Of a stretch of 64,000 nt of DNA, positions 49,129-58,968 are shown piece by piece. The position numbers were made by a program, and so were the translations under genes. The notes below the pieces were generated by a model. It was not told the origin of the DNA, ran no database searches, and saw only the letters and a list, made by a program, of their open reading frames with translations. Numbering within the stretch: the first letter of the stretch is position 1; each line of letters begins with the position of its first letter. This DNA comes from an uncultured Gemmatimonadales bacterium. Lineage in GTDB: Bacteria > Gemmatimonadota > Gemmatimonadetes > Gemmatimonadales > GWC2-71-9. The stretch covers positions 128,001-192,000 of the forward strand of contig CAWGSK010000009.1 of assembly GCA_963825055.1 (NCBI GenBank), read 5' to 3'.

Positions 49129-49162
49129 GAGCGAGGAGTCGAGAGACCTCGACTCCTCGCTC
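49129..49162. terminator. Perfect 15-bp hairpin between convergent genes
   Basis: GAGCGAGGAGTCGAG-AGAC-CTCGACTCCTCGCTC; no U-tract. Confidence 0.65.
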
Positions 49163-49168
49163 CACACC

Positions 49169-50197
49169 CTAGAAAACCCGGAACGCGTACTGCCAGCCGG
49201 CGGTGATCATCCAGTCGGTCTCGAGCTGGATGCCGTTCAGGCTCTGGTAGAGCGGTATCCCGGCCTCGATCGCCAGCCGCTGGCCCTTGAGGGAGCCTCT
49301 CCGGACCTCGAAGTTGATCCCCACCAGTGCGTCCAGCCGGTTGCCTCCGCTGTTCGCGGGGTCCGCCGTCGGCACCATGCCGGGGCTCAGGGACGGATCG
49401 GATCCATCGATCTCACCCCATGTCCGACCGGCGAGGCGCACGGAGCCGCTCAGCATGGGGCTGAACTGCCTCGCCCCCCACACTGTCGCACTTCCCACGT
49501 TCCCCAGGGTGTAGCCGTTGTCGTTCTCCCCGGTCCGGATGACCCCGGACGCCTGGGCGCCGGAACTCCACCTGTCATTCTGCCACACCCAGGTGATGCC
49601 CGGCATCAGGTCGAAGGTGCCGGACCCGACCTGCATCGGGTACGGCAGCCGGACCTCCTGGCCACCGCTCGCCGGAGTCACGTCGCTCTCGTCAATGGAC
49701 CCGGTTGGCAGACTTACGCCGGCAGTCACGTGCACCTTCATGCGGTCCCGGTCGAACACCGTGACCATGGCCTGGGCCTTCACATCCCCGAGGCCCGAGG
49801 CCTCAGTCGTGAAGGAACCTCCCATCCCGGTGACATGATCCATGTCCATGCTCACGAATGGCAGCATTCCCATCAGGGTGATCCGATCACCCGGCGCGAA
49901 CATGACACCGACCATGTGCATCTTCATGGGCATCTTCACGGGGGTGACTGGATACCCCTGGAGGACGTCGTCGTTCGACAGCCCCGTGGTCCCCGTCCGC
50001 AGCCCGTCCATGCTCATATACATGTAGCGGTAGGAGAGCATCATTTCGCCCTTCTCGTGCGTGTGGTCGCCCATGACCCCGATCGGGGCGTGTCCGTCAG
50101 GCCGGCCCGAGCTCCAGTGCTGGTCCGCTTTCTGTGCGGCCAGGGGCGCAGCCAGCAGGAGGGCGAGGGCGGCGGACGTCATCAGTTGCAATTGCAT
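49169..50197 (-). CDS. Met/His-rich outer-membrane beta-barrel ('transporter'/phenol MetA-degradation-like family)
   Basis: Signal peptide ending APLAAQ; RPDGHAPIGVMGDHTH, GLGDV, LPTGS, PYPMQVGSGT; C-terminal WQYAFRVF. Confidence 0.8.
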   Translation of the reverse strand: MQLQLMTSAALALLLAAPLAAQKADQHWSSGRPDGHAPIGVMGDHTHEKGEMMLSYRYMYMSMDGLRTGTTGLSNDDVLQGYPVTPVKMPMKMHMVGVMFAPGDRITLMGMLPFVSMDMDHVTGMGGSFTTEASGLGDVKAQAMVTVFDRDRMKVHVTAGVSLPTGSIDESDVTPASGGQEVRLPYPMQVGSGTFDLMPGITWVWQNDRWSSGAQASGVIRTGENDNGYTLGNVGSATVWGARQFSPMLSGSVRLAGRTWGEIDGSDPSLSPGMVPTADPANSGGNRLDALVGINFEVRRGSLKGQRLAIEAGIPLYQSLNGIQLETDWMITAGWQYAFRVF

Positions 50198-50283
50198 TGA
50201 TCTCACTCCGGATAGTCGTGGCAGGTGGGCGGGACCCGCCTCACCAGTCTGTTTCACGGCTCGTACTCGTCTTGCGCAGAAGA

Positions 50284-50658
50284 TCACGCGCTGGCGACAT
50301 CGGGAGGTGCGGTGGCAGGAGGCAGCCGGTCGAGCGGAACGGCCCTGGGAGCGTCCCCGACGTACCACCGGGCACGCTGTGGCGAACCAGGGGCCGTGAG
50401 CCGGGTCAGGGGGGCCGGGGACCGGCCGGGCAGAACGCCCGGGGCCTGACAGACGCCGAGGCAGGTACAACAGTCTCGCCGGCCGGGAGACCGGCGGTCG
50501 GTGTGCCCTTCGTGCCCATCATGGCCGCGGGCCTCCGCCCCGCGCATGACCGGGCAGGGATGCGAGATGCGCAGGAGGAAGCCGCCGGTGGCCGGAGAGA
50601 CAAGCACCAGGCCAAGTGCGAGAAACCGGACCCAGAACCCGTTGAGGGCGCTCTTCAT
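50284..50658 (-). CDS. DUF2946-like Cys/His-rich leader protein
   Basis: N-terminal hydrophobic helix, HPCP, GHDGHEGH, CCTCLGVC, C-terminal LPPATAPP. Confidence 0.65.
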   Translation of the reverse strand: MKSALNGFWVRFLALGLVLVSPATGGFLLRISHPCPVMRGAEARGHDGHEGHTDRRSPGRRDCCTCLGVCQAPGVLPGRSPAPLTRLTAPGSPQRARWYVGDAPRAVPLDRLPPATAPPDVASA

Positions 50659-50844
50659 GGGACCATATTCACGGGCAGGGCCCTTTGAACCAACCCGTTA
50701 TATCCGGTCGTCATGGGGCCCCCTACGGCCTTGCGTGGCATCGGTTTCCGTGATGTGTCCCGCGGTGTGACCCCTGCCACGGTGCGGGCGGCCGCCATTT
50801 TTGTATGATACGGGTCACCTTTGACCCGACTGAAAGGCGGGCGG

Positions 50845-52359
50845 ATGACGACTGCCATACCCCGGGACCCCGAACTACTGACCACCGGCGTGAGCGGCCT
50901 GGACGAAGTGCTGATGGGCGGGCTCCCGCGCGCGAACCTGTTCCTGGTCGAGGGAGCCCCCGGTACCGGGAAGACAACGCTCGCCCTGCAGTTCCTCCTG
51001 GAAGGAGTGCGGCGCGATGGACCGTCACTGTACGTCACGATGGCGGAGAGCCGGTCGGAGATCGGTGAGATTGCCCGCAGCCACGGCTGGGACATAGAGA
51101 ATCTCCATATTCTCGAGCTCGCCCCGCCGGACGAAGTCATGAACCCGGAAACCCAGTATACGGTATTCCATCCTTCCGACGTGGAACTGAGCCAGACCAT
51201 GCGCACGGTCTACGACGAGGTAGAGCGTCTCGAGCCCAAGCGCGTGGTCATCGACTCACTGGCGGAGCTGCGGCTGCTGTCGCAGGAAGCTATCCGGCTG
51301 CGTCGCCAGATCCTCGCCCTCAAGCAGTTTCTGGCCGGGCGGGACTGCACCGTCCTTCTCCTGGACGATGTCCGGCGCGACAAGGAGGATCTCCAGTGCG
51401 CCAGCATCTCCCACGGCGTGATCCTGCTCGAGAGCCACATGCCGGACTATGGGGGTGAACGACGCCGCCTGAGGATCCAGAAACTCCGCGGGCATCGGTA
51501 CCGGGGCGGGCATCATGACCTCAACATCCGCACGGGGGGCCTCGAGGTTTTCCCGCGGCTGGTCGCCGCGGATTATGGACACTCGAATAGACGCCCCCCC
51601 GTGAAGAGCGGGAGCGAGGCCATCGATGGCCTGACCGGCGGCGGGCTTCCGACGGGATCGAGTACGCTCTTCGCGGGGCCTGCCGGCGTGGGGAAGTCGG
51701 TCCTCGCGACGCAGTACGTGGTGGCGGCCGCGGAGCGCGGAGAGAAATCCGCCGTCCTGTTGTTCGATGAAGGCATCAGGACCTATTTCGACCGCTCCCG
51801 GGGGCTCGGGATGGACGCGCAGGGGCACGCCGAATCCGGCACGGTGCTGGTGCGCCAGATCGATCCATCCGAGGTTTCGCCGGGGCAGTTCGCGCACGAG
51901 ATCCTGCGAATGGTCGAGGACGACACGGTCCGCATGGTGGTGATCGACAGCCTGAGCGGGTACATCAACGCCATGCCTGGAGAGCACCTGCTGACGATCC
52001 ACCTGCACGAGCTGTTCACCTATCTCTCCCACCGGGGGGTGTCCGTCCTCGTCACGCTCGCCCTGGAAGGTCCATTCGGCTATGCCTCGCGTGAGGGAAC
52101 CGAGATCAGTTATCTCGCCGACGCGATCATCATGCTCCGGTACTTCGAGGCGGCCGGCGAGGTGCGGAACGCCATCTCGATGCTGAAGAAGCGGGGGGGC
52201 ACCCACGAGAAGACCATCCGGGAGTACCGGATCGGAGCCGGCGGGCTCTCGGTGGGCGAGCCGTTGACGGGATTCCGGGGCGTACTGACGGGCGTGCCCA
52301 TGTACGAGGGCAATTCAGGCCCGCTCATGGCTGGCCGACGTGACTTCAACACAGGCTGA
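50845..52359 (+). CDS. kaiC: KaiC-like double-domain RecA-superfamily ATPase
   Basis: Two Walker A motifs (GAPGTGKT, GPAGVGKS), two VVIDSL, ISYLADAII, KKRGGTHE. No kaiA or kaiB in the window. Confidence 0.9.
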   Translation: MTTAIPRDPELLTTGVSGLDEVLMGGLPRANLFLVEGAPGTGKTTLALQFLLEGVRRDGPSLYVTMAESRSEIGEIARSHGWDIENLHILELAPPDEVMNPETQYTVFHPSDVELSQTMRTVYDEVERLEPKRVVIDSLAELRLLSQEAIRLRRQILALKQFLAGRDCTVLLLDDVRRDKEDLQCASISHGVILLESHMPDYGGERRRLRIQKLRGHRYRGGHHDLNIRTGGLEVFPRLVAADYGHSNRRPPVKSGSEAIDGLTGGGLPTGSSTLFAGPAGVGKSVLATQYVVAAAERGEKSAVLLFDEGIRTYFDRSRGLGMDAQGHAESGTVLVRQIDPSEVSPGQFAHEILRMVEDDTVRMVVIDSLSGYINAMPGEHLLTIHLHELFTYLSHRGVSVLVTLALEGPFGYASREGTEISYLADAIIMLRYFEAAGEVRNAISMLKKRGGTHEKTIREYRIGAGGLSVGEPLTGFRGVLTGVPMYEGNSGPLMAGRRDFNTG

Positions 52360-54010
52360 CCGCCAGTCGGCAGCTGCCCGGTCCCTGGCGCGCGAGCATC
52401 ATGGAAGCTTCGTGCTCCTGCACACGCCAACCGGCCGCGATGCGGAGCTCATGGCGGGCATCGTGTCCCGTCTGGGCGTACCGGTGCGAACGGAGGGCAC
52501 GATCGCCTCGCTCTGCGAGTCATTCGACAACGACGGGGCGATGGCGGTCATCGCCGAGGAGGCACTGGATACCGAGAGCGCCGAGGCCCTGCTGACCTGC
52601 CTCCGCAACCAGCCATCATGGTCCGACTTTCCCCTGATCCTGCTTACCAGCGCCGCCGCCATCGCCCGGCCTGGCCGCTCGGTGGCGGAGATGATCCGGA
52701 ACGAAGGCAACGTCACCCTGCTGGAGCGACCGCTGCACCCGGTCACCCTCCTCAGCGCCATCGAGTCCGCGCTTCGGGCCCGCCGCCGCCAGTACGAGGC
52801 CCGGGAGTATCTGCTCGAGCGCGAGCGTGCGGAGGAAAAGGTCCGGCAGAGCCAGAAGATGGACGCGGTCGGCCAGCTCGCGGGAGGGGTGGCGCACGAA
52901 GTGAACAACATGATGACGGCCGTGATCGGCTTCGGCGAGATCGCGCTGCGGAGACCGGATGTTCCCGCCAAGGTCCGGGAGGACATCGCCGAGATGGTGC
53001 GCGCCGGCCGTCGCGCCGCCACCATTACCCAGCAGTTGCTGGCGTTCAGCCGGCAGCAGCATCGGCGCCCCGAGGTGGTCGACCTGAACCGCACCGCGAG
53101 CGAGCTACTGGCGCTCCTCCAGCGCCTGCTGGGCGCGGGGGTGGAACTGCGGACCGAATTCCCCGACCCGCCCGTCCATATCCTGGCCGACCGGAACCAG
53201 GTCGACCAGGTCCTGATCAACCTCGCGGTCAACGCGCGGGATGCGATGCCCGGCGGCGGCACCGTGCGTATCGGCGCGGAGCGGGTGCTCCTCGATGTGG
53301 ACTTCGGCCGGGCCCACGGGTTGAGCACGCTGCGCACCGGACCCTACGTCCTGGTCACCGTCACGGACCACGGGACTGGCATGGACGCCGCGACCCGGGA
53401 GCGCGTATTCGAGCCGTTCTTCACCACCAAACCGACCGGGCGCGGTACCGGACTGGGCCTGAGCACGGTATACGGCATCGTCAAGCAGTCCGATGGCTAC
53501 ATCTGGATCTACTCCGAGGAGGGCATTGGCACGACGGTCAAGCTCTACTTCCCGGAGGTCACGGAATCCGGCCTGACGTGGAGGGAGGAATCCAAGCAGG
53601 AAGCCCGGGGCGGCGTGGAGGTGATCCTCGTGGTGGAAGATGAGGACGTCGTCCGACGCCTGGCGCGGACCGTGCTGGAAGATCAGGGCTATACGGTGCT
53701 CGAGGCCGAGGATGGCCTGGCCGCCCTCGAGCTGCTCCACAAGCGCGGAGGCGAGGTGAACCTGGTGCTCTGTGATACGGTCATGCCCCGCATGAACGGA
53801 CGTGAATTCGTCCACCGGGCCCACCAGGTCTATCCGCACCTGCCCGTGCTGTTCATGTCGGGATACGCGAGTCGCGATGTCGCCGACCGGGGGCTGCTGG
53901 CCAGCGAATCGCCCTTTCTGCAGAAACCGTTCTCACCCGAGCGCCTGGCCCGGCGGGTCCGCGAACTGCTCGACAGCGCGGCGCAGCGCGGGAAACCGAC
54001 CGGCGGATGA
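52340..54010 (+). CDS. Hybrid histidine kinase (pseudo-receiver, HisKA, HATPase, REC)
   Basis: AHEVNNMM, NLAVNARDAM, DHGTGM, FEPFFTTK, GTGLGL; C-terminal REC VLCDTVMP; no TM. Confidence 0.92.
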   Translation: MTSTQADRQSAAARSLAREHHGSFVLLHTPTGRDAELMAGIVSRLGVPVRTEGTIASLCESFDNDGAMAVIAEEALDTESAEALLTCLRNQPSWSDFPLILLTSAAAIARPGRSVAEMIRNEGNVTLLERPLHPVTLLSAIESALRARRRQYEAREYLLERERAEEKVRQSQKMDAVGQLAGGVAHEVNNMMTAVIGFGEIALRRPDVPAKVREDIAEMVRAGRRAATITQQLLAFSRQQHRRPEVVDLNRTASELLALLQRLLGAGVELRTEFPDPPVHILADRNQVDQVLINLAVNARDAMPGGGTVRIGAERVLLDVDFGRAHGLSTLRTGPYVLVTVTDHGTGMDAATRERVFEPFFTTKPTGRGTGLGLSTVYGIVKQSDGYIWIYSEEGIGTTVKLYFPEVTESGLTWREESKQEARGGVEVILVVEDEDVVRRLARTVLEDQGYTVLEAEDGLAALELLHKRGGEVNLVLCDTVMPRMNGREFVHRAHQVYPHLPVLFMSGYASRDVADRGLLASESPFLQKPFSPERLARRVRELLDSAAQRGKPTGG

Positions 54011-55029
54011 GCAACCGGCCGGGCTTCCTCGACCGGGCCGGCTGGGGCGTGGCACTGCTGGCGGGTGCCGGCCTCCTGCTGCTGGCGTGGTATGCGCGAA
54101 GCGTCCTCCTGGTGGTGTTTGCGGGGATCCTGCTGGGCGTGATCCTGCGATGGCCGGGGGAGTGGCTCCACCGGAAGACGGGGCTCAACGCCGCCGCGGG
54201 GGTGGGGCTCGTGAGTTTTGTCGTCTTCGCCACTCTGCTGGGTGTGTTCTGGTTACAGGGAGGCGCGATCGCCAGGCAGGCCCATGAGCTCGGACAGCAG
54301 CTGCCTCAGGCCATCGACCGCCTCAGGGAACAGGTCGCCGGGACAGACTGGGGCGAAGCGGTACTGAACCGCATTCCCCCGACGGAGAAACTGATACCTG
54401 CGGGAAGTGCTGCCCTGGCGCGGCTGGCCGGCGTCCTCTCGAGCACGTTCGCCGTTGCAGCGGCGGTCGCCGTCATCGGTTTCCTCGGCCTCGTCACCGG
54501 CCTGTTCCCCCGGCACTACACCATTCCGGTCATCAGCCTCGTGCCAAAGGCGCGCCGTGACCGGGTGCGTGAGGTGATGAGCGCGGTGGCAAGCACCCTG
54601 CGCTGGTGGATGTTCGGCCGCATGCTGGACATGGTCGTGGTAGGCGTACTCACGCTGATCGGCCTGTGGCTGCTGGGAATCCCCCTGGCATTTGTCCTCG
54701 CCCTGATCGCCGCCGTCCTCACCTTCGTTCCCAACATCGGCCCGATTGCCGCAGCCATCCCCGCAATCCTCCTGGGCCTCATGGACAGTGTCACCCTTGC
54801 CCTGTATGTGGCCGCGCTGTATACGGCGGTCCAGATCTTCGACTCATGGATCATGATGCCGATCGTCGACAAGAAGACCATCTACCTGCCACCTGCCGCC
54901 ACGATCACCGCCCAGCTTGTGCTCGGCGTGTTCTGCGGCATCCTTGGCGTGGCGATGGCAACCCCCCTGCTCGCCACCGGCGTCGTCATCGTCCGCATGC
55001 TGTACGTGGAGGACAGGCTGGGAGGATAG
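54007..55029 (+). CDS. AI-2E family transporter
   Basis: 340 aa polytopic; LTFVPNIGP, GVAMATPL; ATGA overlap with the kinase. Confidence 0.9.
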   Translation: MSNRPGFLDRAGWGVALLAGAGLLLLAWYARSVLLVVFAGILLGVILRWPGEWLHRKTGLNAAAGVGLVSFVVFATLLGVFWLQGGAIARQAHELGQQLPQAIDRLREQVAGTDWGEAVLNRIPPTEKLIPAGSAALARLAGVLSSTFAVAAAVAVIGFLGLVTGLFPRHYTIPVISLVPKARRDRVREVMSAVASTLRWWMFGRMLDMVVVGVLTLIGLWLLGIPLAFVLALIAAVLTFVPNIGPIAAAIPAILLGLMDSVTLALYVAALYTAVQIFDSWIMMPIVDKKTIYLPPAATITAQLVLGVFCGILGVAMATPLLATGVVIVRMLYVEDRLGG

Positions 55030-55179
55030 AACACCCTGCCGGGCGTTCGGCCTGGATACGGGAGCATGGATGTTTCATCGCTCTGACCTCCCGATCACCT
55101 CATCTCTAAACCCTGTACATCCCCCATTCACTCCGTTCACCGTTTACCGTTCACCTCTCACCTTTCACTCCCTGGCCCC

Positions 55180-56577
55180 TTGGACATACGCCTGCACCTC
55201 CCCCGCAGTACCACGCCGGTCAAGGGCGAATTCGTCCTCTACTGGATGCAGGGCGTAACCCTTCGTGCCCATGACAACCCGGCCCTCAATTTCGCGGTCG
55301 AGCGCGCGAACAACATGGGGCTCCCGGTGCTCGTGTATCACGGCCTGCGCCACGACTATCCCTGGGCCAGCGACCGCCTGCACACGTTCATCCTCGAGTC
55401 CGCGCTCGACCTCCGGCAGGCCTTCGCCGACCGCGGCATCCGGTACGCCTTCTATCTGGACCGCAACCGCTCCAGCCGGCCAAAGGAATCCCCACTGCTC
55501 GCGCTGGCACGTCGGGCGTCTCTGGTCGTGACGGATTTTTTCCCGACATTCATCATTCCACGGCAGACCCGGGCGCTCCGGAAGAGGATTGCGGCCCCTG
55601 TCATCGCCGTCGAGTCAGCCACCGTCGTGCCGATGTCCCACTTCAGGGACCAGCATGCCACGGCGCGCGGCATGAGGCCCCGCCTGCACGAGATGCTGCC
55701 GCACTACCTGCATCGGGTGGGCGACATCGAGCCAGCCTGGACCGGGCGGTTCGAGGTTCCCTTCGACGACGCGGTGGCCGGCATTGACGCACGGCGGGCC
55801 CGGGCGGAAATCGCCGCTCTCGCCGCCGAATGCGACATCGACCACTCTGTTCCTCCCGCCCGGACCATCCGGGGAGGGGCACGCGCGGCGCGTGAACGAC
55901 TCGACCGATTTCTCGATCATGGCCTGCGCCATTACGAACCCGACCGGAACGACCCGACCCGCGATGCCACCAGCGGCCTGAGCCCCTATCTCCATTTCGG
56001 GAACATCAGTATCCAGGACGTCCTGCTCTCCGCGCAGGAGGCGGGGCCGGCCCATCAGTATGCCAAGTTCAAAGACGAGGCGCTCGTGTGGCGTGAGCTC
56101 GCCCACAATTTCGTTTTTCACGACCGGAGGCACCGGACACCGGCCGCCGTACCCGACTGGGCCCGGAAGGAACTCGACGACCACGAAGGCGACCCGAGGC
56201 CACGCATCTACACCGCGAGGGAACTGGAGGAAGCCCGCACGGACTCTCCCCTCTGGAACGCCGCCCAGCGGTCCTACCTTGTCGACGGCTACATGCACAA
56301 CTACGTGCGGATGTTGTGGGGGAAGGCGGCCCTGCAGTGGACGAATACCTGGCGTCACGCCCTCAAGGTGCTTGAGGACTTGAACAACCGGTACGCGCTG
56401 GACGGGCGGGATCCGAACAGCTACGGCGGCATCCACTGGATCTTCGGGAAGTTCGACCGGCCATTCTATCGCCGGCCGGTATTCGGAACCGTACGCTACA
56501 TGAGCCTGGAAGCGGCGAAGAAGAAATTCGACGTGGAGGAATACATCCGGATCCACAGCGTGAAGGGCGAGGGGTGA
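55180..56577 (+). CDS. phrB: Class II CPD DNA photolyase
   Basis: LYWMQ..RAHDNPAL, SGLSPYLHFG, WRELAHNF, GYMHNYVRMLWGK, LNNRYALDGRDPNSYGG, FGTVRYMS. Confidence 0.92.
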   Translation: MDIRLHLPRSTTPVKGEFVLYWMQGVTLRAHDNPALNFAVERANNMGLPVLVYHGLRHDYPWASDRLHTFILESALDLRQAFADRGIRYAFYLDRNRSSRPKESPLLALARRASLVVTDFFPTFIIPRQTRALRKRIAAPVIAVESATVVPMSHFRDQHATARGMRPRLHEMLPHYLHRVGDIEPAWTGRFEVPFDDAVAGIDARRARAEIAALAAECDIDHSVPPARTIRGGARAARERLDRFLDHGLRHYEPDRNDPTRDATSGLSPYLHFGNISIQDVLLSAQEAGPAHQYAKFKDEALVWRELAHNFVFHDRRHRTPAAVPDWARKELDDHEGDPRPRIYTARELEEARTDSPLWNAAQRSYLVDGYMHNYVRMLWGKAALQWTNTWRHALKVLEDLNNRYALDGRDPNSYGGIHWIFGKFDRPFYRRPVFGTVRYMSLEAAKKKFDVEEYIRIHSVKGEG

Positions 56578-56581
56578 CCGC

Positions 56582-57250
56582 CTACCTGATGGTCACCCCC
56601 AGGGAGATAAGCACGTCATGCTGGGTTCGTCGAAAATCGGACGGGGCCTGGATCGGGATGGCGGAGGCGTCCAGCCGATCCAGTGGAAAGGCAATCGGAG
56701 TCAGGTCGGAACCATACACATAGTCGTCAATGCCGAGCCGCAGCTGCATGAGGCCGGCGAGCCCGACACCGGCGGATGCGCCAAGGACGCCCCCGAAGCG
56801 GGTCCGGTGCATCCGGGAACTGTAGGCTGGCCCGCCATGGTCCACGATGGCCAGTCCGCCGCTCACCCGCAGATCGAGGCTGCGACGCGGCGCGAGGACC
56901 GCCCACGAGAGCCTGGCGGCCCCGCTGACGACGTGCGCGTCCACGGTCTCCTCGAATCCTTCCAGACGTTCGAGTTGTCCGGGCGAGTCGTTGTGAACAC
57001 GGACAGCGCTCGGGGCATACTCTGCCGACAGTTCCAGCCCGATCCGTCGCCAGAGTGCCAGGCTGACCCGTGCGCCCGCCGCGATGCTGGGTTTGTGGCG
57101 AAGGGTTGTTCCGTCCCCAAGCCGGGCCGCGTCCGCGGTGGGGGTGAGGAGACCGAGATAGGGGGTGAAGGCGAGTTCAGCCGACTGCGCGGCGAGGGGT
57201 GCCACGGGAACCAGGAGAAGGATGAGGAGACGCAGGGACCGGCTGGGCAC
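56582..57250 (-). CDS. Hypothetical exported protein, possible small outer-membrane beta-barrel
   Basis: Signal peptide; alternating hydrophobic strands; C-terminal DVLISLGVTIR. Confidence 0.6.
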   Translation of the reverse strand: MPSRSLRLLILLLVPVAPLAAQSAELAFTPYLGLLTPTADAARLGDGTTLRHKPSIAAGARVSLALWRRIGLELSAEYAPSAVRVHNDSPGQLERLEGFEETVDAHVVSGAARLSWAVLAPRRSLDLRVSGGLAIVDHGGPAYSSRMHRTRFGGVLGASAGVGLAGLMQLRLGIDDYVYGSDLTPIAFPLDRLDASAIPIQAPSDFRRTQHDVLISLGVTIR

Positions 57251-57332
57251 GGATGACTCCGATGGTGAGGCTCACGATCAGACCCTCGGGACCATCTTCC
57301 CGTCACAACCGCTCCCCGGCGTCTTCCTGCAG

Positions 57333-57755
57333 TTATTGCTTCTGCATTATGATCGTGACCGCGGTTCCGTCGATGTCGCCGGTGAGCGTCAGCGTCGTCC
57401 CGCTTCGGCTCCAGTCAAACGCGGTGTCATCCATGGTCCCGGGATCCAGGGTGAGGGTCGTGCTCGTGCTGGAGTAGGGTCCGGTCAGCGTGCAGTCCGT
57501 TCCAGTGTCACAGAGCCCGGCCACATCGTTGGTGATCTCGATGGAATAGTTGTCGTTCGACTGGAGTGTGATCGTAATGGACGTCCCCTGCTGGATGAGG
57601 TCGCCCTGCCCCTGCACCGCGAAGCTGGTGACGCTCCAGGTGCCGACCAGGGCGCTGGCATTGGGGCCGTTCGAGTCGCTACCGCACGCCGCGGCAAAGG
57701 CGAAGATGACGAGCAGCGATGCCACCCGGGCGAAACTGGTACGCGTGATTCGCAT
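57333..57755 (-). CDS. Lipocalin-like lipoprotein
   Basis: Lipobox AAAC; LVGTWSVTS; beta-rich; RBS GAGGAG. Confidence 0.7.
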   Translation of the reverse strand: MRITRTSFARVASLLVIFAFAAACGSDSNGPNASALVGTWSVTSFAVQGQGDLIQQGTSITITLQSNDNYSIEITNDVAGLCDTGTDCTLTGPYSSTSTTLTLDPGTMDDTAFDWSRSGTTLTLTGDIDGTAVTIIMQKQ

Positions 57756-57832
57756 GATACTCTCCTCGTTCAAGTCTCCCGCCAGATACCTGCGTACTAC
57801 TACCTGACCACCTATTCGCTACTCGCTATCCG

Positions 57833-58753
57833 CTACTCGCCATCCTCATACCCGACCTCCACCGTCATACCGTCCTTCGCGATGGTCACCTCCGGGAAGA
57901 TGCTCCGGGCCTCCTCGACCAGTTCGCTCACGTCGAGCGAGTACCGGGGGCTGATATGGGTCAGCACCAGTTGCCGGACGCCAGCCCTTCGGGCCACCTC
58001 CGCAGCCTCCCGCGCCGTGGAATGGCCAGTTTCCCGGGCGCGGGCGATTTCGAGGTCGCCGAAAGTCGCCTCGTGGACCAGAAGGTCTGCCCCCTCCGCC
58101 GCCAGGACCACCGGGGGATGGGGGCGGGTGTCCCCCGTATAGACAACGGTCCGGCCTGGTCTCGGGTCCCCTACCAGGTCGGCGGGGGCCACCGTCCGGC
58201 CGTCCGGCAGTTGTATGGCTTCGCCCGCGTGGAGCTTTCCCCAGAGCGGCCCCTCCGGAATCCCGAGTTCCCGGGCCCGTTCGGGGTGGAACCGCCCCAG
58301 GCGCTCGTGCTCCGCCAGGGCGTAGCCGACCGTGTGGCTCCGGTGCTCGGTCTCGAACACGCGGACCTGGTACTCCTCCCGGTCCAGGACATCCCCCGGC
58401 TGCACCTCCACGATCTCCACCGGAAACTTCGTCCGCTCGATCCCCACCTTGAGCAGGCCGCCGAGCACGTCCTCGGCGCCCTTTGGGCCATAGAGCACCA
58501 GCGGGGCCGTACGATCCTGGAGACCCATCGTCCGCACCAGCCCCACGAGCCCCAGAAAATGGTCAGAGTGGTAATGCGTGAAGAAGATCTGCCCGAACGC
58601 GAAGCTCACCCCGTACCGCATCATCTGGCGCTGGGTACCCTCCCCGCAGTCGAAGAGAATGGTCTCCCCCTCGCGCTTCAGTGCGACGCAACTGGTGTTG
58701 CGCTGCACCGTAGGACAGGCGGCGGAGGTGCCCAGGAAGGTGAGAGAGAGCAT
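57833..58753 (-). CDS. rnz: Ribonuclease Z
   Basis: LTFLGTS, LFDCGEGTQRQM, THYHSDH, GIPEGP exosite, YTGDT, HEATF, HST, LTHISPRY. Confidence 0.95.
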   Translation of the reverse strand: MLSLTFLGTSAACPTVQRNTSCVALKREGETILFDCGEGTQRQMMRYGVSFAFGQIFFTHYHSDHFLGLVGLVRTMGLQDRTAPLVLYGPKGAEDVLGGLLKVGIERTKFPVEIVEVQPGDVLDREEYQVRVFETEHRSHTVGYALAEHERLGRFHPERARELGIPEGPLWGKLHAGEAIQLPDGRTVAPADLVGDPRPGRTVVYTGDTRPHPPVVLAAEGADLLVHEATFGDLEIARARETGHSTAREAAEVARRAGVRQLVLTHISPRYSLDVSELVEEARSIFPEVTIAKDGMTVEVGYEDGE

Positions 58754-58968
58754 GCAAAGCCGGGTTGGAAGTGTTGTCGAACTGCGTGAAAGGCCAACGG
58801 TCAAAGGTAAAAGGGCCGCCCGTCATCCTTCACCGTTCACCCTCACCAGCGCCTCATCAAACCGGCTCGAGCACTGGGTCTGCGCTGTTCCTGTCATCCC
58901 GCCTCTCCCCGGCCACCGGGGTCGCGTGTCGTTCACCAGACTCCGCGATACCGTGAGCCCGCCACCCG

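Noticed and set aside
50845..52359. A true circadian clock
   Set aside because: No kaiA or kaiB in the window and the S-T phosphosite pair is S-Y; treated as a KaiC-like signalling ATPase.
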